DNA of 64,000 nucleotides, counting the filler, from Diploschistes diacapsis (taxonomy: Eukaryota), in assembly GCA_023645945.1 (NCBI GenBank). It is 26 parts of 26 records of this genome, joined end to end, with 100 filler letters (N's around TTAATTAATTAA, not from the genome) between each part and the next. Parts side by side here need not be neighbours in the genome. Positions count along the whole stretch, not along the records: positions 1 to 1,046 come from JALAIB010004170.1; positions 1,147 to 2,191 come from JALAIB010004171.1; positions 2,292 to 3,336 come from JALAIB010004172.1; positions 3,437 to 4,481 come from JALAIB010004173.1; positions 4,582 to 5,626 come from JALAIB010004174.1; positions 5,727 to 6,771 come from JALAIB010004175.1; positions 6,872 to 7,916 come from JALAIB010004176.1; positions 8,017 to 9,061 come from JALAIB010004177.1; 18 more parts are not named here. One strand, given 5' to 3'. Positions 1 through 11,449 of this stretch are shown piece after piece. A program made the translations under genes and the position numbers. The number at the start of each line of letters is the position of its first letter. The first letter of the stretch is position 1. The notes under the pieces were generated by a model, which did not search any database, was not told the DNA's origin, and saw only the letters and a list, made by a program, of their open reading frames with translations.

Positions 1-160
1 GGGTTGGAAAGTTAGTGGGAAGGTGAGGTGGTTTTTGGGTGTAAGAGGGGAAGGGTGAATGTTTGTGTAGGTAATTGGCGCAGGGGGGCAATTGTGCGCG
101 GAGAGTAGATTTGGTTCAAGGGTTAGATGGGGGCCAAGTGAACGGATTGAGGACACTTAC

Positions 161-197
161 CATGGCGGTCAAAGATGTAGAAAGAGTAGACAACCAT
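161..197 (-). CDS. BET5: TRAPP complex subunit Bet5/TRAPPC1, exon 1 only (rest of gene outside contig)
   Basis: Minus strand ATG at 197 reads MVVYSFYIFDRH, the typical fungal Bet5 N-terminus. It is followed by a GTAAGT donor at 160, and a branch-like ACTAAC lies near position 11-16. Too short for the ORF track. Confidence 0.8.
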
Positions 198-907
198 TTT
201 TAGCAGTGCTTTTGTGGGCGGCGAATGCTGCTAGAGGAATGAGAAGGGAAATAATTTGAAGGTGCGGGATGTAGTTTTACATGCACTGAACATTGAAGGG
301 ATATGCGGACTAGTGATCAGAAACTGTCAGAGTAGACTCTGTTACAATGCACATCCCCGTGTTCCGCTCCAATAAGTACAATGTTGAAGCAGCTATCATC
401 AAAATTACTACCGAGGTGTCTGAAGTTTTATTTCGTTGAACAAAGGAGAAGTCCTTATAAGCCCATGTATAATTTGAGGGAATTGAAGACATCTTGTTAG
501 CCTTAGATATTCAAGAAAACGTTCTATGTTCCAGAGAGTTGGTTAAATCATGATCAGAACATGGATCTTTCCTAGAACTATCATTGCTGCTGCCAAACCT
601 TCTAACTAGTATGCAGGGAAGTCCAGTTTACCCCAAGGTACGCAGCTGTGCCTTCAGTTTCTTCCGTACGTCGATGCAGCATAGTTATTCTAACTGAAAT
701 TAATTTTTTTTACCCCTATTTTTAAACAGATAAATGAGCTTCCTTTCTATTATTAAATAAATTTTTTATTCTTTTTTTTATTTTTTATATAAATTTTCGA
801 GTATTTCGAAGTTTTATCGAATATTTAATCTCGAGTAATAAATATCTCGAAATTTATTATTTAATTAATATAATATCGTAAAATTTAAAACGTTTATTCG
901 TCGTCAT

Positions 908-1046
908 TGTCAGATTATTAACCTAAATGGGTTAGTCTATCTGACTAGTTAACACTAGTAGGACCCTGAAGGTTCTTTAACCCTTCAGGACACGCCATTA
1001 ACAACTGTTGAACATCCTACTAACTATAGTCAAACATCCTACTAGT
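908..1046 (+). mobile_element. LTR family B, terminal fragment
   Basis: Starts TGTCAGATTATTAACC; near-identical to the reverse complement of 39630-39770. Confidence 0.7.
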
Positions 1047-1145
1047 NNNNNNNNNNNNNNNNNNNNNNNNNNNNNNNNNNNNNNNNNNNNTTAATTAATT
1101 AANNNNNNNNNNNNNNNNNNNNNNNNNNNNNNNNNNNNNNNNNNN
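1047..1145. other. Artificial contig linker (N-run + TTAATTAATTAA + N-run); 25 such linkers in the window
   Basis: The same 12-mer, with stops in all six frames, sits between N runs at every contig junction (1091, 2236, 3381 ... 62942). Confidence 0.98.
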
Positions 1146-2734
1146 NGTCCAAATATTATTAGATCATTAATAATAAGGTGGACATCGGGATGGGTGGAAT
1201 GATTGATTGATGGACAATGATGGGCCCCTTTAAAAGATGATGGCCGCTTGGCCCAAGCAACGCCAAGCCTATCTAAACTAGTAAGGACCACATGCTGGTC
1301 CCGTGACAGTGCCCTCTTGTCGAAAAGTCATTGCCCCAACGGCTTCTATATTTATATTTTTTAAAAGTATATTTATAGATAATCTGGAAAGCAACTCCAT
1401 AACTATTTTCAGGCCAGCGCGCGACATTTGTAATTCCGAAATAACTAAAAGTTTATTCAAACTTTTAATAATAAAAGCCGCAAAACAAACGCTTAAAGTA
1501 TATTAAATAAACCCCTTATAACAAATCCCGAGACTGTATCACGTCCCAGCGTTATTGTCTGTGGCTATAATACCTTCTATCGCTCTTAAGCTTAGTGTCC
1601 TGCCTACTCGCCGCGCTAAGGTTCTTCTTTCTCTTTTTCTATAGTAATTCCGTTGTAAAAACCTTTAGTGATTCTTCAGATATCCGCTTGTTACAGAGTC
1701 TGCTCTTGCTCCTGCCTTTATTTGCGCTCGTAGGTATTAATGGGTTCTTTCAGTTTTTTTAACCTAAATGGGTTAGTCTGTCTGACCAAGCATCTAGTGG
1801 ACCCGAAGGTTCTTGAATGGTCTAGACCTTATACAACATCATCGAGGGTCCTACTAACAATAACCGATCGTTCTACTAGTAGCCAGGGGCTCCTAGGAAG
1901 GAGATTTAGATTATTGGATTATTAATCCAATAGGGATCCAATAATATGTGGACCAGGGGTTCAATAAATGTTGGAATATTTAGTCCAATATTTATGCTGG
2001 ATTGTAGGACAAACAATGTTGGATTAGGAGATCTAACATTATCGGAGATTACTAGGTAATATTGATTATTAATAATAATCAGGTAAAGTATCTATAAAAG
2101 ATCTCTCATCTGTCATCATCTATACTTTTATCTTTATCTTGTTATGATCTCTATCTCTACAAGGTAGACACGAGGTATTGATCAAGGTAGGNNNNNNNNN
2201 NNNNNNNNNNNNNNNNNNNNNNNNNNNNNNNNNNNTTAATTAATTAANNNNNNNNNNNNNNNNNNNNNNNNNNNNNNNNNNNNNNNNNNNNCAAAGAAGA
2301 TTTATTAAATAAATAATTCGTAATTAATAATTCATTGATGAATAATATAAAGGATAATTTTCTATAATAGAAGTAAAAGTAATCGAATGGGTTCAACGAG
2401 TTTAATTAAACTTCGATTGTTGTCGAAAGAAAAAAAGGTTGTTTTTCGTTGGCCTATATAGATGATATCTGGATCTAATTATTTCTTATTTAGATTTATC
2501 CTAGGCCAGCGTATTAAGATCCCGCGTTCTTTTAAAATAGTATAACTTCTACCTTTAAATCAGCCCACCCTAAAATCTTATAATTCAGATCTTAAGCTTT
2601 TAAATCTCTTCGATTTAACTTACGTTAGGTAACGTAATCGGTACCCGCGTTCGTAATCGTAACAACTACCGGGAGACGTAGTTTTAATAAACGATTAAGC
2701 GTAATAAAGCAGGTGCTAACCCGGGCTCATAACC

Positions 2735-2949
2735 TGTTTGGTAACGTAATGGATGTATTGAAGTTTAAAAGTCTATTTAAGAGATTATTCTATTTTACAG
2801 ACTTTTATCCTTATGGGATACGCTAAGCTTTACTACCTACACTATTCCTAAACCGGTCTAATTGGGATTCCAGGAGGTTCAGCTGAACTGAACCTCCCTC
2901 TGGAACTTAGTTAGACTCCCAGCCATGCCTTCTGCCTGTCTGCTCAACA
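2735..2949 (-). mobile_element. Copia 5' LTR (family C, 215 bp) followed by half-tRNA-iMet PBS
   Basis: Minus strand TGTTGAGCAG...CCAAACA, immediately followed by GGTTATGAGCCC (2734-2723), the Ty5/copia-type PBS complementary to the initiator tRNA-Met anticodon arm. Related LTR at 37056-37276. Confidence 0.75.
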
Positions 2950-3177
2950 AAATATAATACTTTTTTTGTTTTTAATCGTTTTTATTAAATGATCGAGAAG
3001 CCATTATTTTCTTATATATCTTCATATTTATTTTCGTATTTTACCATTTTCTATTACTATAGAGCACTTGTCGATAAATTAAATATTAATAAAATTCTCG
3101 GCGCGTTAAATTCGGTGTATTCGAGAGTACTTCAGGCGTTTTTCCGTATCTTTAGGTTTTAAATATGGCTTCCACCG
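2950..3177 (-). mobile_element. Tc1/mariner transposase relic (RIP-mutated)
   Basis: Reads RWKPYLKPKDTEKRLKYSRIHRI*...I*FIDKCS, matching the Tc1 pattern KP.L....RL.(W/F)...H..W....FSDECS, with stops at Trp positions. Confidence 0.6.
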
Positions 3178-3436
3178 TGTTATGATCTCTATCTCTACAA
3201 GGTAGACACAAGGTATAGATCAAGGTAGGTTTGGTCTCGTTTAGAAGAGGAGTGCAAGTAAGAAAAGAAGGTAGAGCAGTTACAGGTTTTGGACTGTTTT
3301 TGGAAAGAAGGCTCTTTAATGATAGAAGTAACGAATNNNNNNNNNNNNNNNNNNNNNNNNNNNNNNNNNNNNNNNNNNNNTTAATTAATTAANNNNNNNN
3401 NNNNNNNNNNNNNNNNNNNNNNNNNNNNNNNNNNNN

Positions 3437-3657
3437 ATTATAAATCCAACATTATCGGAGATTAAATGTATATTAATCATTAGGCGTTAGTTAGGTGAAA
3501 TGTGTCTATAAAAGACCTCTCACCTCCCGTCTTTACTAACGCTATCTTCATCTTCATTCATTACCTCCTACAATAGCAAGACATTACTATTGTACTTAGC
3601 ATTATTTCCCTAGTCATTACTTGCCTATTTAGTCACCCCACTTCCACATTTTCAACA
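3437..3657 (+). mobile_element. LTR family B, 3' part
   Basis: Reverse complement of 39257-39480; TATAAAA box and ...TTTCAACA end. Confidence 0.7.
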
Positions 3658-4059
3658 CCTATATTCTTTCCAGCCAGATCAAAATCTGCCGTGAACGGGA
3701 CTCGACCTCAGACCTCTAAACTAAATGGATGAAAATGCAGCGTAGTACGCTACCCGGGTTCATAACTTATTGAACTAAACCATTACGCCAAAAGATGCGT
3801 ATCTTTTAGTAAACAATAGTTCATGTTTATATTCCGACACATTTCCGTAAACATGGCTTTACGGTTCTTATTATTTATCTATATTGTTTCTAATTAGATC
3901 AAAATCTGCCGTGAACGGGACTCGATCTTAGACTTCTGAACTAAATGGGTGGAGATGTAGCGCAGTGCGTTACCCGGGCTCATAACCTGTTGAACTAAAT
4001 CACTACGCCAAAAGATGCGCACCTCTTAGCAAGCAGCAGTTCATGTTTATATTCCGACA
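3658..4059 (-). mobile_element. Tandem miniature LTR retroelement (TRIM-like): LTR-internal-LTR-internal
   Basis: 220-bp period. 72-bp repeats TGTCGGAA...TTCAACA (4059-3988 and 3839-3768) are each followed by a GGTTATGAGCCC-type PBS; the internal region is 148 bp and non-coding. Confidence 0.7.
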
Positions 4060-4318
4060 TTAAGTTAAAATATATAAAAAATAAACTTCTGACCTTTTAT
4101 ATAATGAATTTAGGTCGTTTAAGATGTGTGTATTTTATTAATAATGAATGTTATTTTTATTTTAAATAAAGTTTAACTTTTATCGCCGAATCTACCTTAT
4201 TTAACCCGGGATTTCAGTTTCTCGTAATATTTAAAGTTCGGTACGATTCGGATTATTATGCGGATTCCTTTTTGTTCGATTATTTTATTAAATATAATAA
4301 GATCCTAAAGTCGCGAAT

Positions 4319-4481
4319 TGTAACAGATAGCTGTGACAGTCCTCCGGGCGAGCGGAGGAACTCAGTCCTAGCGCCGCGCCAAGGCCGCTCCAAGACCGCA
4401 GGTCATAAGAGGAGTTTTTATAAAAGGATTTTCTCTTTTTTTCTTTAGAGATTAATTTATAAATATTATAATCATTAATAT
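4319..4481 (+). mobile_element. LTR family D fragment (second copy 60447-60614)
   Basis: Both copies start TGTAACAGAT and share CCTCCGGGCGAGCGGAGGAA...GCCGCGCCAAGGCCGC. Confidence 0.6.
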
Positions 4482-4599
4482 NNNNNNNNNNNNNNNNNNN
4501 NNNNNNNNNNNNNNNNNNNNNNNNNTTAATTAATTAANNNNNNNNNNNNNNNNNNNNNNNNNNNNNNNNNNNNNNNNNNNNATAATAATCTAAAAGGAT

Positions 4600-4740
4600 T
4601 TATAAACCAAAAAACATTTTTAAATCGTTAAACTAAATAGATAATAAAATCAACATCAATAGATTTTATTATATCGCACCGTCCGGGAGCGAATAACCCA
4701 GCTAACGGTTTCTCGCGAAGACCAGATTATTTCGAAAGAC
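4600..4740 (+). mobile_element. Ty3/Gypsy RNase H C-terminus relic
   Basis: DFIISHRPGANNPANGFSRRPDY resembles the conserved HRPGK.N..AD.LSRRPDY motif. Confidence 0.7.
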
Positions 4741-5113
4741 ATAATCAAATTCAGGGATTATTACCAATATTATAAAGTAAATTGGCGCAGCTAAATGCTG
4801 TTATCGCCTCGCCGGCGAAAGAAAAACAAGCCGCGCTGTGGAAACAGGCGAAGATTGAGATTATCAATCTATTCTAAAGGTTTAAGGAACCTCATCCTAA
4901 GGTAGTAACCTTGGGGAGTCTTGGCCTAAAAAAGCAAGTTCAGATAAATAGCGACCCAACAATAATACTATACCCTATCGTTAGGACTATTAGTTGCAAA
5001 TAACTCGTCCCACGTTTAATTATTTAAAAAATAAGGATAAACGAAACGGCATATAGATCGCCGTCGGAAAAATTACGAGATATAATTATTACTCTATAGC
5101 GAAAGAATGAATT

Positions 5114-5626
5114 CATCACGAAAAGTTTTTGGCGGCGAAACACCGCGAAAATCCGCGAGGTTGGCGAAACTGGCGAAACCGGCGAGGTGAGCGACAGATA
5201 ATGCGTTCAAGCGACTCGCCAACTTTCGCCAAAAGGTTTGGCGAAACACGGCGAAACTGGCGAAACCGGCGAAAGCTGGCGAAGATGGCGAGGCCAATCA
5301 TTTTTTACTAATATATTACGTAAGCAAAAAAAATTAATAAATTTAATATAATATTAATAATATTAATAATAATAATTAATTAATGATTATATAATTATAA
5401 TTACGTAATTATTATTATTATTATATTATATAAAGTATTTTCGTTAAGTTATAAATTATTAATAATATTCGAATTAATTAATACTAATGGTTTCGGATTT
5501 AACGGGGTTTAGTAGGTACTATATATTATCGCGAAAATATTAAGAACGGCGTATTTTATATTACGTAAGCGTGGATATTCGTAACGTGAAAACTTTAGCG
5601 AGTTCTTAACGCTAGTTATCCGGCGC
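5114..5626 (+). mobile_element. Non-autonomous DNA transposon (MITE family 1, GGCGAAA arrays), left arm and middle; other left arms at 59573-59759 (-) and 59995-60240 (+)
   Basis: Terminus CATCACGAAAAGTTTT followed by tandem (C/T)GGCGAAAC units; homology ends sharply at the same terminus in five copies with unrelated flanks. Confidence 0.75.
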
Positions 5627-5836
5627 NNNNNNNNNNNNNNNNNNNNNNNNNNNNNNNNNNNNNNNNNNNNTTAATTAATTAANNNNNNNNNNNNNNNNNN
5701 NNNNNNNNNNNNNNNNNNNNNNNNNNATCCGTTATAACTATATCGGACTCGAGTATTATTTAAAATAATACGGATCTAGCTTTTAGCGATCGCTCGATTA
5801 TGCTTTTTGTTATACTTATTCTTAAGGGTGTTTAAA

Positions 5837-6303
5837 TGTTATAATTTCTATTTCTATAAAATATACACGAGGAAGTTTAATTAAGATAGATTTGATCTCG
5901 TCTAAAAGAGGAATATAGGAAAAAGAAGAAATAAATCGATTATAAATCTATATTAATTTTTAAAAAGATTACTATTTATTAATAGAAGGAAACGAATATA
6001 GATTGATCTCGAGTAATCGCTCAAGATGTTTATAAAAATGAATATGTCTCGATTCATAAGAGCTATAACGGTATTTTTATATAGTATAGGGCGATAATTG
6101 GTTGCCGACAGCAAAGCTGCTGCGATAGAGTTGTTACTAATAGATAGCTGTTTAGGCAGATCTGTCCCCGACAGATGTCTGTTACTGAATATCTGTCAGT
6201 CACGTGACCTAGCGTCCGTGGTTGCTATATACAAGGAATGTTTGGGAAGTGCCCGACTATCTGTGACGTGCCAGGTTACTACCTAGTACCCTGGATCGTA
6301 ACA
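5837..6303 (-). mobile_element. LTR family A, variant 2 (467 bp); second full copy 33350-33817
   Basis: TGTTATAAT...GGATCGTAACA ends. Both copies also share ~60 bp of left flank, so that flank is probably element-internal sequence. Orientation is inferred. Confidence 0.75.
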
Positions 6304-6995
6304 TCGACGTTATTCGAATCGAATAACCCGTATATTTAAATCGACGTATATTAAATTTATAACGCTTCGTAAAGAAAACCGAGAATAAAAAACGCTTCTT
6401 AATAATCGTAAAAAACGTAAATTAAATAAACAAATCGAATTTAAAGATCGTTTTATATTTAATATAAACGAAATTCTTAAAATAATAATTCGGGTTAAAT
6501 CGAGTCGAATAATTTCGAAACGACTTATAACGCGTAAAAAACGTCGTCGCGTTTTTAAAATCGAGAAAGATAAAGAAGAAGAAAATAGATTCGATTGTTA
6601 CGATCCAAGTAACTAAATGATAGTCTACTTGGCACTTCACAATCGATCGGGTATCTTCCCAACCATTCCTTGTAGATAATTTAATCATGGTGATACTGAT
6701 TACGTAAGAAATAGAAAGCCTTAAAGGCTATTTTACCCTCTATAAATAAAGCGGGAGAACGATAGTTTTACNNNNNNNNNNNNNNNNNNNNNNNNNNNNN
6801 NNNNNNNNNNNNNNNTTAATTAATTAANNNNNNNNNNNNNNNNNNNNNNNNNNNNNNNNNNNNNNNNNNNNCTTTAGAACACGTAAGCTTTTTAAAAAAT
6901 TAGATTACGTTAAAATCGGACCCTTTTTTATCGATGAATAATCCGTTATACCGGATGAAATTAAACGAATTAGTTATCGACTCAAGTTATCAAAA

Positions 6996-7453
6996 TGTTA
7001 TGATCTCTATCTATACAAGGTATACACGAGTAGGATCAAGGTGGGTTTAATCTCTGTTAGAAAAGGAATGTGGTAGGAAAAGAAAATAGAGTAATTATAG
7101 ATCTTAGACTGTTTTTAAAAAGAAGGCTTTAAGATAATAAAAGTAACGAATATAAATTAATCTCGAGTAATAATTAAGAATATTTATAAAAATAAACACG
7201 TCTTTTTTTACGAAAATAAAATCGTATTTATATATAATTAACTTATTTACCGTTTATCGTAAATTTAACGAGCGGTATCCTCGAAGCTCGCCGCTTATAA
7301 GAATGAACGCGACCATCGAACGGTAGCGAAAACCCGCTCGCCGCTCACGAGAATGAGCGCGACTAGTGAGCGCATCACGTGACCTCCCGTCCCGTGACTG
7401 ACCTATATACAGCAAAGCTGGGACGTGCCAAGTCTGGTACTTGGATCGTAACA
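6996..7453 (-). mobile_element. LTR family A, variant 1 (458 bp); second full copy 60838-61292
   Basis: Terminal inverted repeat TGTTATGATC / GATCGTAACA; abuts a Gypsy integrase relic (KKLDYVKIGPF...SYRLKL, 6880-6995). Confidence 0.8.
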
Positions 7454-8736
7454 ATTTATAAACGATCCTTCCTCGATATCATTTTTTGAAAGAGAAGTTT
7501 ACGAAGGCGTAATAATTATAAAAAGTAAGGATCGTTGTTATATAGTTTATTTTTTTAAAGCTATAATCAATTTTACGTTCAATGAAACGATAATTCTTTA
7601 AACCTAATTTATTTTATAATGAAAAAATATAAAGTTCGGTTCCGGCGAGTTAATTTTAATATATTCAACGCCGAGCAAACAGGATTATATTTTCGATTTA
7701 ATAAACCTCTAATTAACAAAAAAAAGAATAGAAATATAAAACATATTTCGCCAAATCGCAGCGTTAAATGATAGAAATCCTAAAATCCAATATATAATTT
7801 ATTATTAAGTTTTTTAGCATCTTAGAACTTCTATACAAAACAATAAAAGAATGTCTAGACATAAAAAAAAACAACATAACGCTTTATCTCAAATTAACTT
7901 TAAATCCAATCGCGCGNNNNNNNNNNNNNNNNNNNNNNNNNNNNNNNNNNNNNNNNNNNNTTAATTAATTAANNNNNNNNNNNNNNNNNNNNNNNNNNNN
8001 NNNNNNNNNNNNNNNNAGCCTATCTCGATATTTATTTAAACGATTAAAAAGATAAACACGAAATATTTAAAAAGTTTTTTAAGTTTAAGGAATAAGTGAA
8101 ACTGGCTTTTAACATCACGAATAATAAAAAATACGTCATATAAGTTATCAAAACAATTCAATAAAAAGGCTTAATATCAAAATGTATAACTAAATTTTAG
8201 GAATTCTTTAGATAAATAAAGTAAAATAACGACGCTTTAATAGAAATATATAAAGACGGTTTTAAAAAATCAATTAAACATAAATTTATACGTAATTAAA
8301 CCACGATCGAAGATTTAGGCGTTTTATAAATAAAAATTATTTTATTTAACGATCGATTTTTGAATCGAAATTAGGAACGTCGCTTTAAACGAAGCAGAAT
8401 TATAAGACCAGAACTCCGTTATTATATCAATTATGTGAAAAGTACGCAAAATATAAGATACATAGACAACCACGTTATGGATTCTAATGCCATCAATAGC
8501 AAACCCGGTCCCAATAAGAAGAAATAGGCGAAAAGATCCAGCGGGGGACCTTCGACTTGTAAGGCCTGCGGGGTTACACATCTGCCACCTACTGCCACAG
8601 CCACGCACCTACATATAGTGTAATAGGGAAACAGTGCTTCGGGGTTCCTGAAAGCATTGTGGTTAGTCTTTTGGCTCAGTGGGATAGTTGCTACCTATTA
8701 GGCACTACCCCCGCTGTTACACAACTAAAAGAAAAA

Positions 8737-8790
8737 AATGCCCCAAATGTGACAAGATAGGCCACTTCGCTCGAGATTGTAGACCTAAAA
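8737..8790 (+). mobile_element. Retrotransposon gag zinc-knuckle relic
   Basis: KCPKCDKIGHFARDCRPK is a CX2CX4HX4C motif, embedded in stop-riddled AT-rich DNA. Confidence 0.7.
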
Positions 8791-9539
8791 ACAAAATCGT
8801 AAAAAAATATACCTTAACCGCGATAGATTAACATCTTAAAGTAATTACACGATACCCTATAAAAGATCTAATAATCGACGGATACCTTTAAAAGGAAATT
8901 ATAATTAAATCGCATAATATAACCTGATAAGACGACACCGATAAATCAATTAAACATAAATTTATACGTAATTAAACCACGATCGAAGATTTAGGCGTTT
9001 TATAAATAAAAATTATTTTATTTAACGATCGATTTTTGAATCGAAATTAGGAACGTCGCTTNNNNNNNNNNNNNNNNNNNNNNNNNNNNNNNNNNNNNNN
9101 NNNNNTTAATTAATTAANNNNNNNNNNNNNNNNNNNNNNNNNNNNNNNNNNNNNNNNNNNNGCCGTTAATATTAAATTTTATTAAAATCGAATTATTGTG
9201 ATGCGAGATAATCATTATTAAGAAAAATCGAATATAAGATAAAAACAGTTATTTAAGGTGGCCGGACTCTAGGGGTGGCCGGACTCACCGTCAAACACGT
9301 TATAAATTCATAAAAGTCTTTTATGATTTTAATAATTTTAACGTATTAGTATTACTTACGATCCGTTTAGAAAATATAAGAAAAAGAACGAAATAATCTT
9401 TAACTCGTTATAAGAATGATTCTTCTAATAGAAATGGAAGGAATACGCGACGCTCAAAAATAGGAAGACTTTCTTATTATTTACGAAAAAGAGGTTATCG
9501 CGATCGAAATATAAGTTCCGAATAAAATTCTAGCACGTA

Positions 9540-9893
9540 TAATGATCTCGTAGATGTATCTTGTTATATATGCTACAAGAAGGGGCATTACGCGAGTGAA
9601 TACTTTTAAAATAATAATCTAAATATTACGCTAATTACTAACGTAAGAATAATAAGAAATTCAAAAAATTATTAAGATCGATATCAAGATCCGAGAAAGT
9701 CGACCCGATTTCGTTAGAAATAGGATCTATCGTTAAAATAACAGGATTATTCGATAGTTATAAGCCTATAATTATCAAGTTTAACCTCGACACGGAGATA
9801 TAATGTAATTTTATTAATAAAAAGTTCGCAATCGAAAATTAATTGATTTGTTTGTTTAACTTAGAATTATCGATTTTAAAATGGGTTAATGAT
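9540..9893 (+). mobile_element. Gypsy gag knuckle and protease relic
   Basis: CYICYKKGHYASEY (last Cys changed to Tyr), then NLDTEI*CNFI, resembling protease LDTGA..NFI. Confidence 0.6.
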
Positions 9894-10205
9894 CATCACG
9901 AAAAGTTTTTCAAGCAAAAAAAAATTTCTGGCGAAACCGGCGAAACTGGCGAAACCGGCGAAGATGGCGAGGCCAATCATTTTTATTACGTAATCAAAAA
10001 ATAAAAAAGCATTTGTTTAATATTTTAAAAAAAATATTTTTCGAAAAAATTATTAAAAAATCTGCTAATTTAGCGCCGGATAACTAGCGTTGAAAACTCG
10101 CTAAAGCTCTCACGCCGCGAATATCAACGCTTACGTAATATAAAATACGCCATTCTTAATATTTTCGCGACAATATATAGTACCTGTTCAACCCCGTTAA
10201 ATCCG
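9894..10205 (-). mobile_element. MITE family 1, right arm (second copy 11020-11349)
   Basis: Same CATCACGAAAAGTTTT terminus and GGCGAAA units; 10073-10205 is the reverse complement of ~5495-5626, linking it to the left arm. Confidence 0.75.
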
Positions 10206-11449
10206 NNNNNNNNNNNNNNNNNNNNNNNNNNNNNNNNNNNNNNNNNNNNTTAATTAATTAANNNNNNNNNNNNNNNNNNNNNNNNNNNNNNNNNNNNNNN
10301 NNNNNGTTCTTACTGCTCGATATAATCTAAATCCTTTTTATTAAATAAAATAGTTCTAGATCGTTTATTTCTTTCCTTTCCTTTACTTTCTTCTATTTTA
10401 ATTTGGTTGCGTGAATTTACCCTACGTATACGTTGCGAAAAACGTATCATCTTATCGGATCGTCGTCTTTAAGAAAGGTAAAGTAATTAAAACTATAAAA
10501 AATAAAATACGACAATATAATAAGATAACTATACGCAGAGCAGGTTCATGCTAGGACTAATTACTAAAGAAAAGGAAAGAATAAAAAGAACAAAATCCCT
10601 CTTCAAGTACAAACAAGCCAAGACCCTGAGCGCCGCTTGTCCGACTCTTGGCATACTCCTCGCTTGGCCTTACAAGTCACTTGGATCGTAACAGTAGAAA
10701 ATCGATATAAAAGTTGAAAGTTCGTAAAATCGGATAGGGGGTATCCGCTCGCTATGAGTGTCCGCTCGCTATGCATATACGTTATTTCAAATATTTTAGA
10801 ACATACTAAAATATTATCGAAGATTATCGAAGATTATAGAATATTTCTCTTATAAATGCATGAAACATTTTAAAAGGAAAAGGAATATTCTAAATTATTA
10901 ATTATTAATTGTACTAGCGTGAAATGTGCCTATAAAAGGCCCCTCACCCTATTATTATTTGTAGTTACCACTCTTATCATCTTCAATCATTACTGAATAA
11001 TAGTCAGCTAGACAGGCTACATCACGAAAAGTTTTTCAAGCAAAAAAAAATTTCTGGCGAAACTGGCGAAACTGGCAAAACCTGGCGAAACTGGCGAAAC
11101 CTGGCGAAACTGGCGAAACTGGCGAAACCGGCGAAGATGGCGAGGCCAATCATTTTTATTACGTAATCAAAAAATAAAAAAGCATTTTTTTAATATTTTA
11201 AAAAAAAAATTTTCGAAAAAAATATTAAAAAATCCGCTAATTTAGCGCCGGATAACTAGCGTTAAAAACTCGCTAAAGCTCTCACGCCGCCAATATCCAC
11301 GCTTACGTAATATAAAATACGCCATTCTTAATATTTTCGCGACAATATANNNNNNNNNNNNNNNNNNNNNNNNNNNNNNNNNNNNNNNNNNNNTTAATTA
11401 ATTAANNNNNNNNNNNNNNNNNNNNNNNNNNNNNNNNNNNNNNNNNNNN

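Noticed and set aside
347..637. Plus-strand frame from ATG 347 to a GT donor at 638, possible pseudogene divergent from BET5
   Set aside because: Four stops in 97 codons is close to random expectation and no motif is recognisable.
1091..1102. TTAATTAATTAA recurring every ~1145 bp as a CRISPR-like or satellite repeat
   Set aside because: Always embedded in N runs; it is an artificial six-frame-stop linker. ORFs ending in X..LIN are artefacts of it.
3686..3800. tRNA- or SINE-like A-box/B-box look-alikes on the minus strand
   Set aside because: No matching acceptor stem or cloverleaf; the LTR-PBS arrangement explains the sequence better.
5094..5311. Short ORFs with FAGFASFA / AKLAKP repeats (also 59521-59959)
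   Set aside because: They are translations of the GGCGAAAC arrays of MITE family 1.
8943..9061. Essentially exact ~118-bp duplicate of 8268-8388
   Set aside because: It sits at the contig end and lacks divergence despite heavy mutation elsewhere; likely an assembly-graph overlap.
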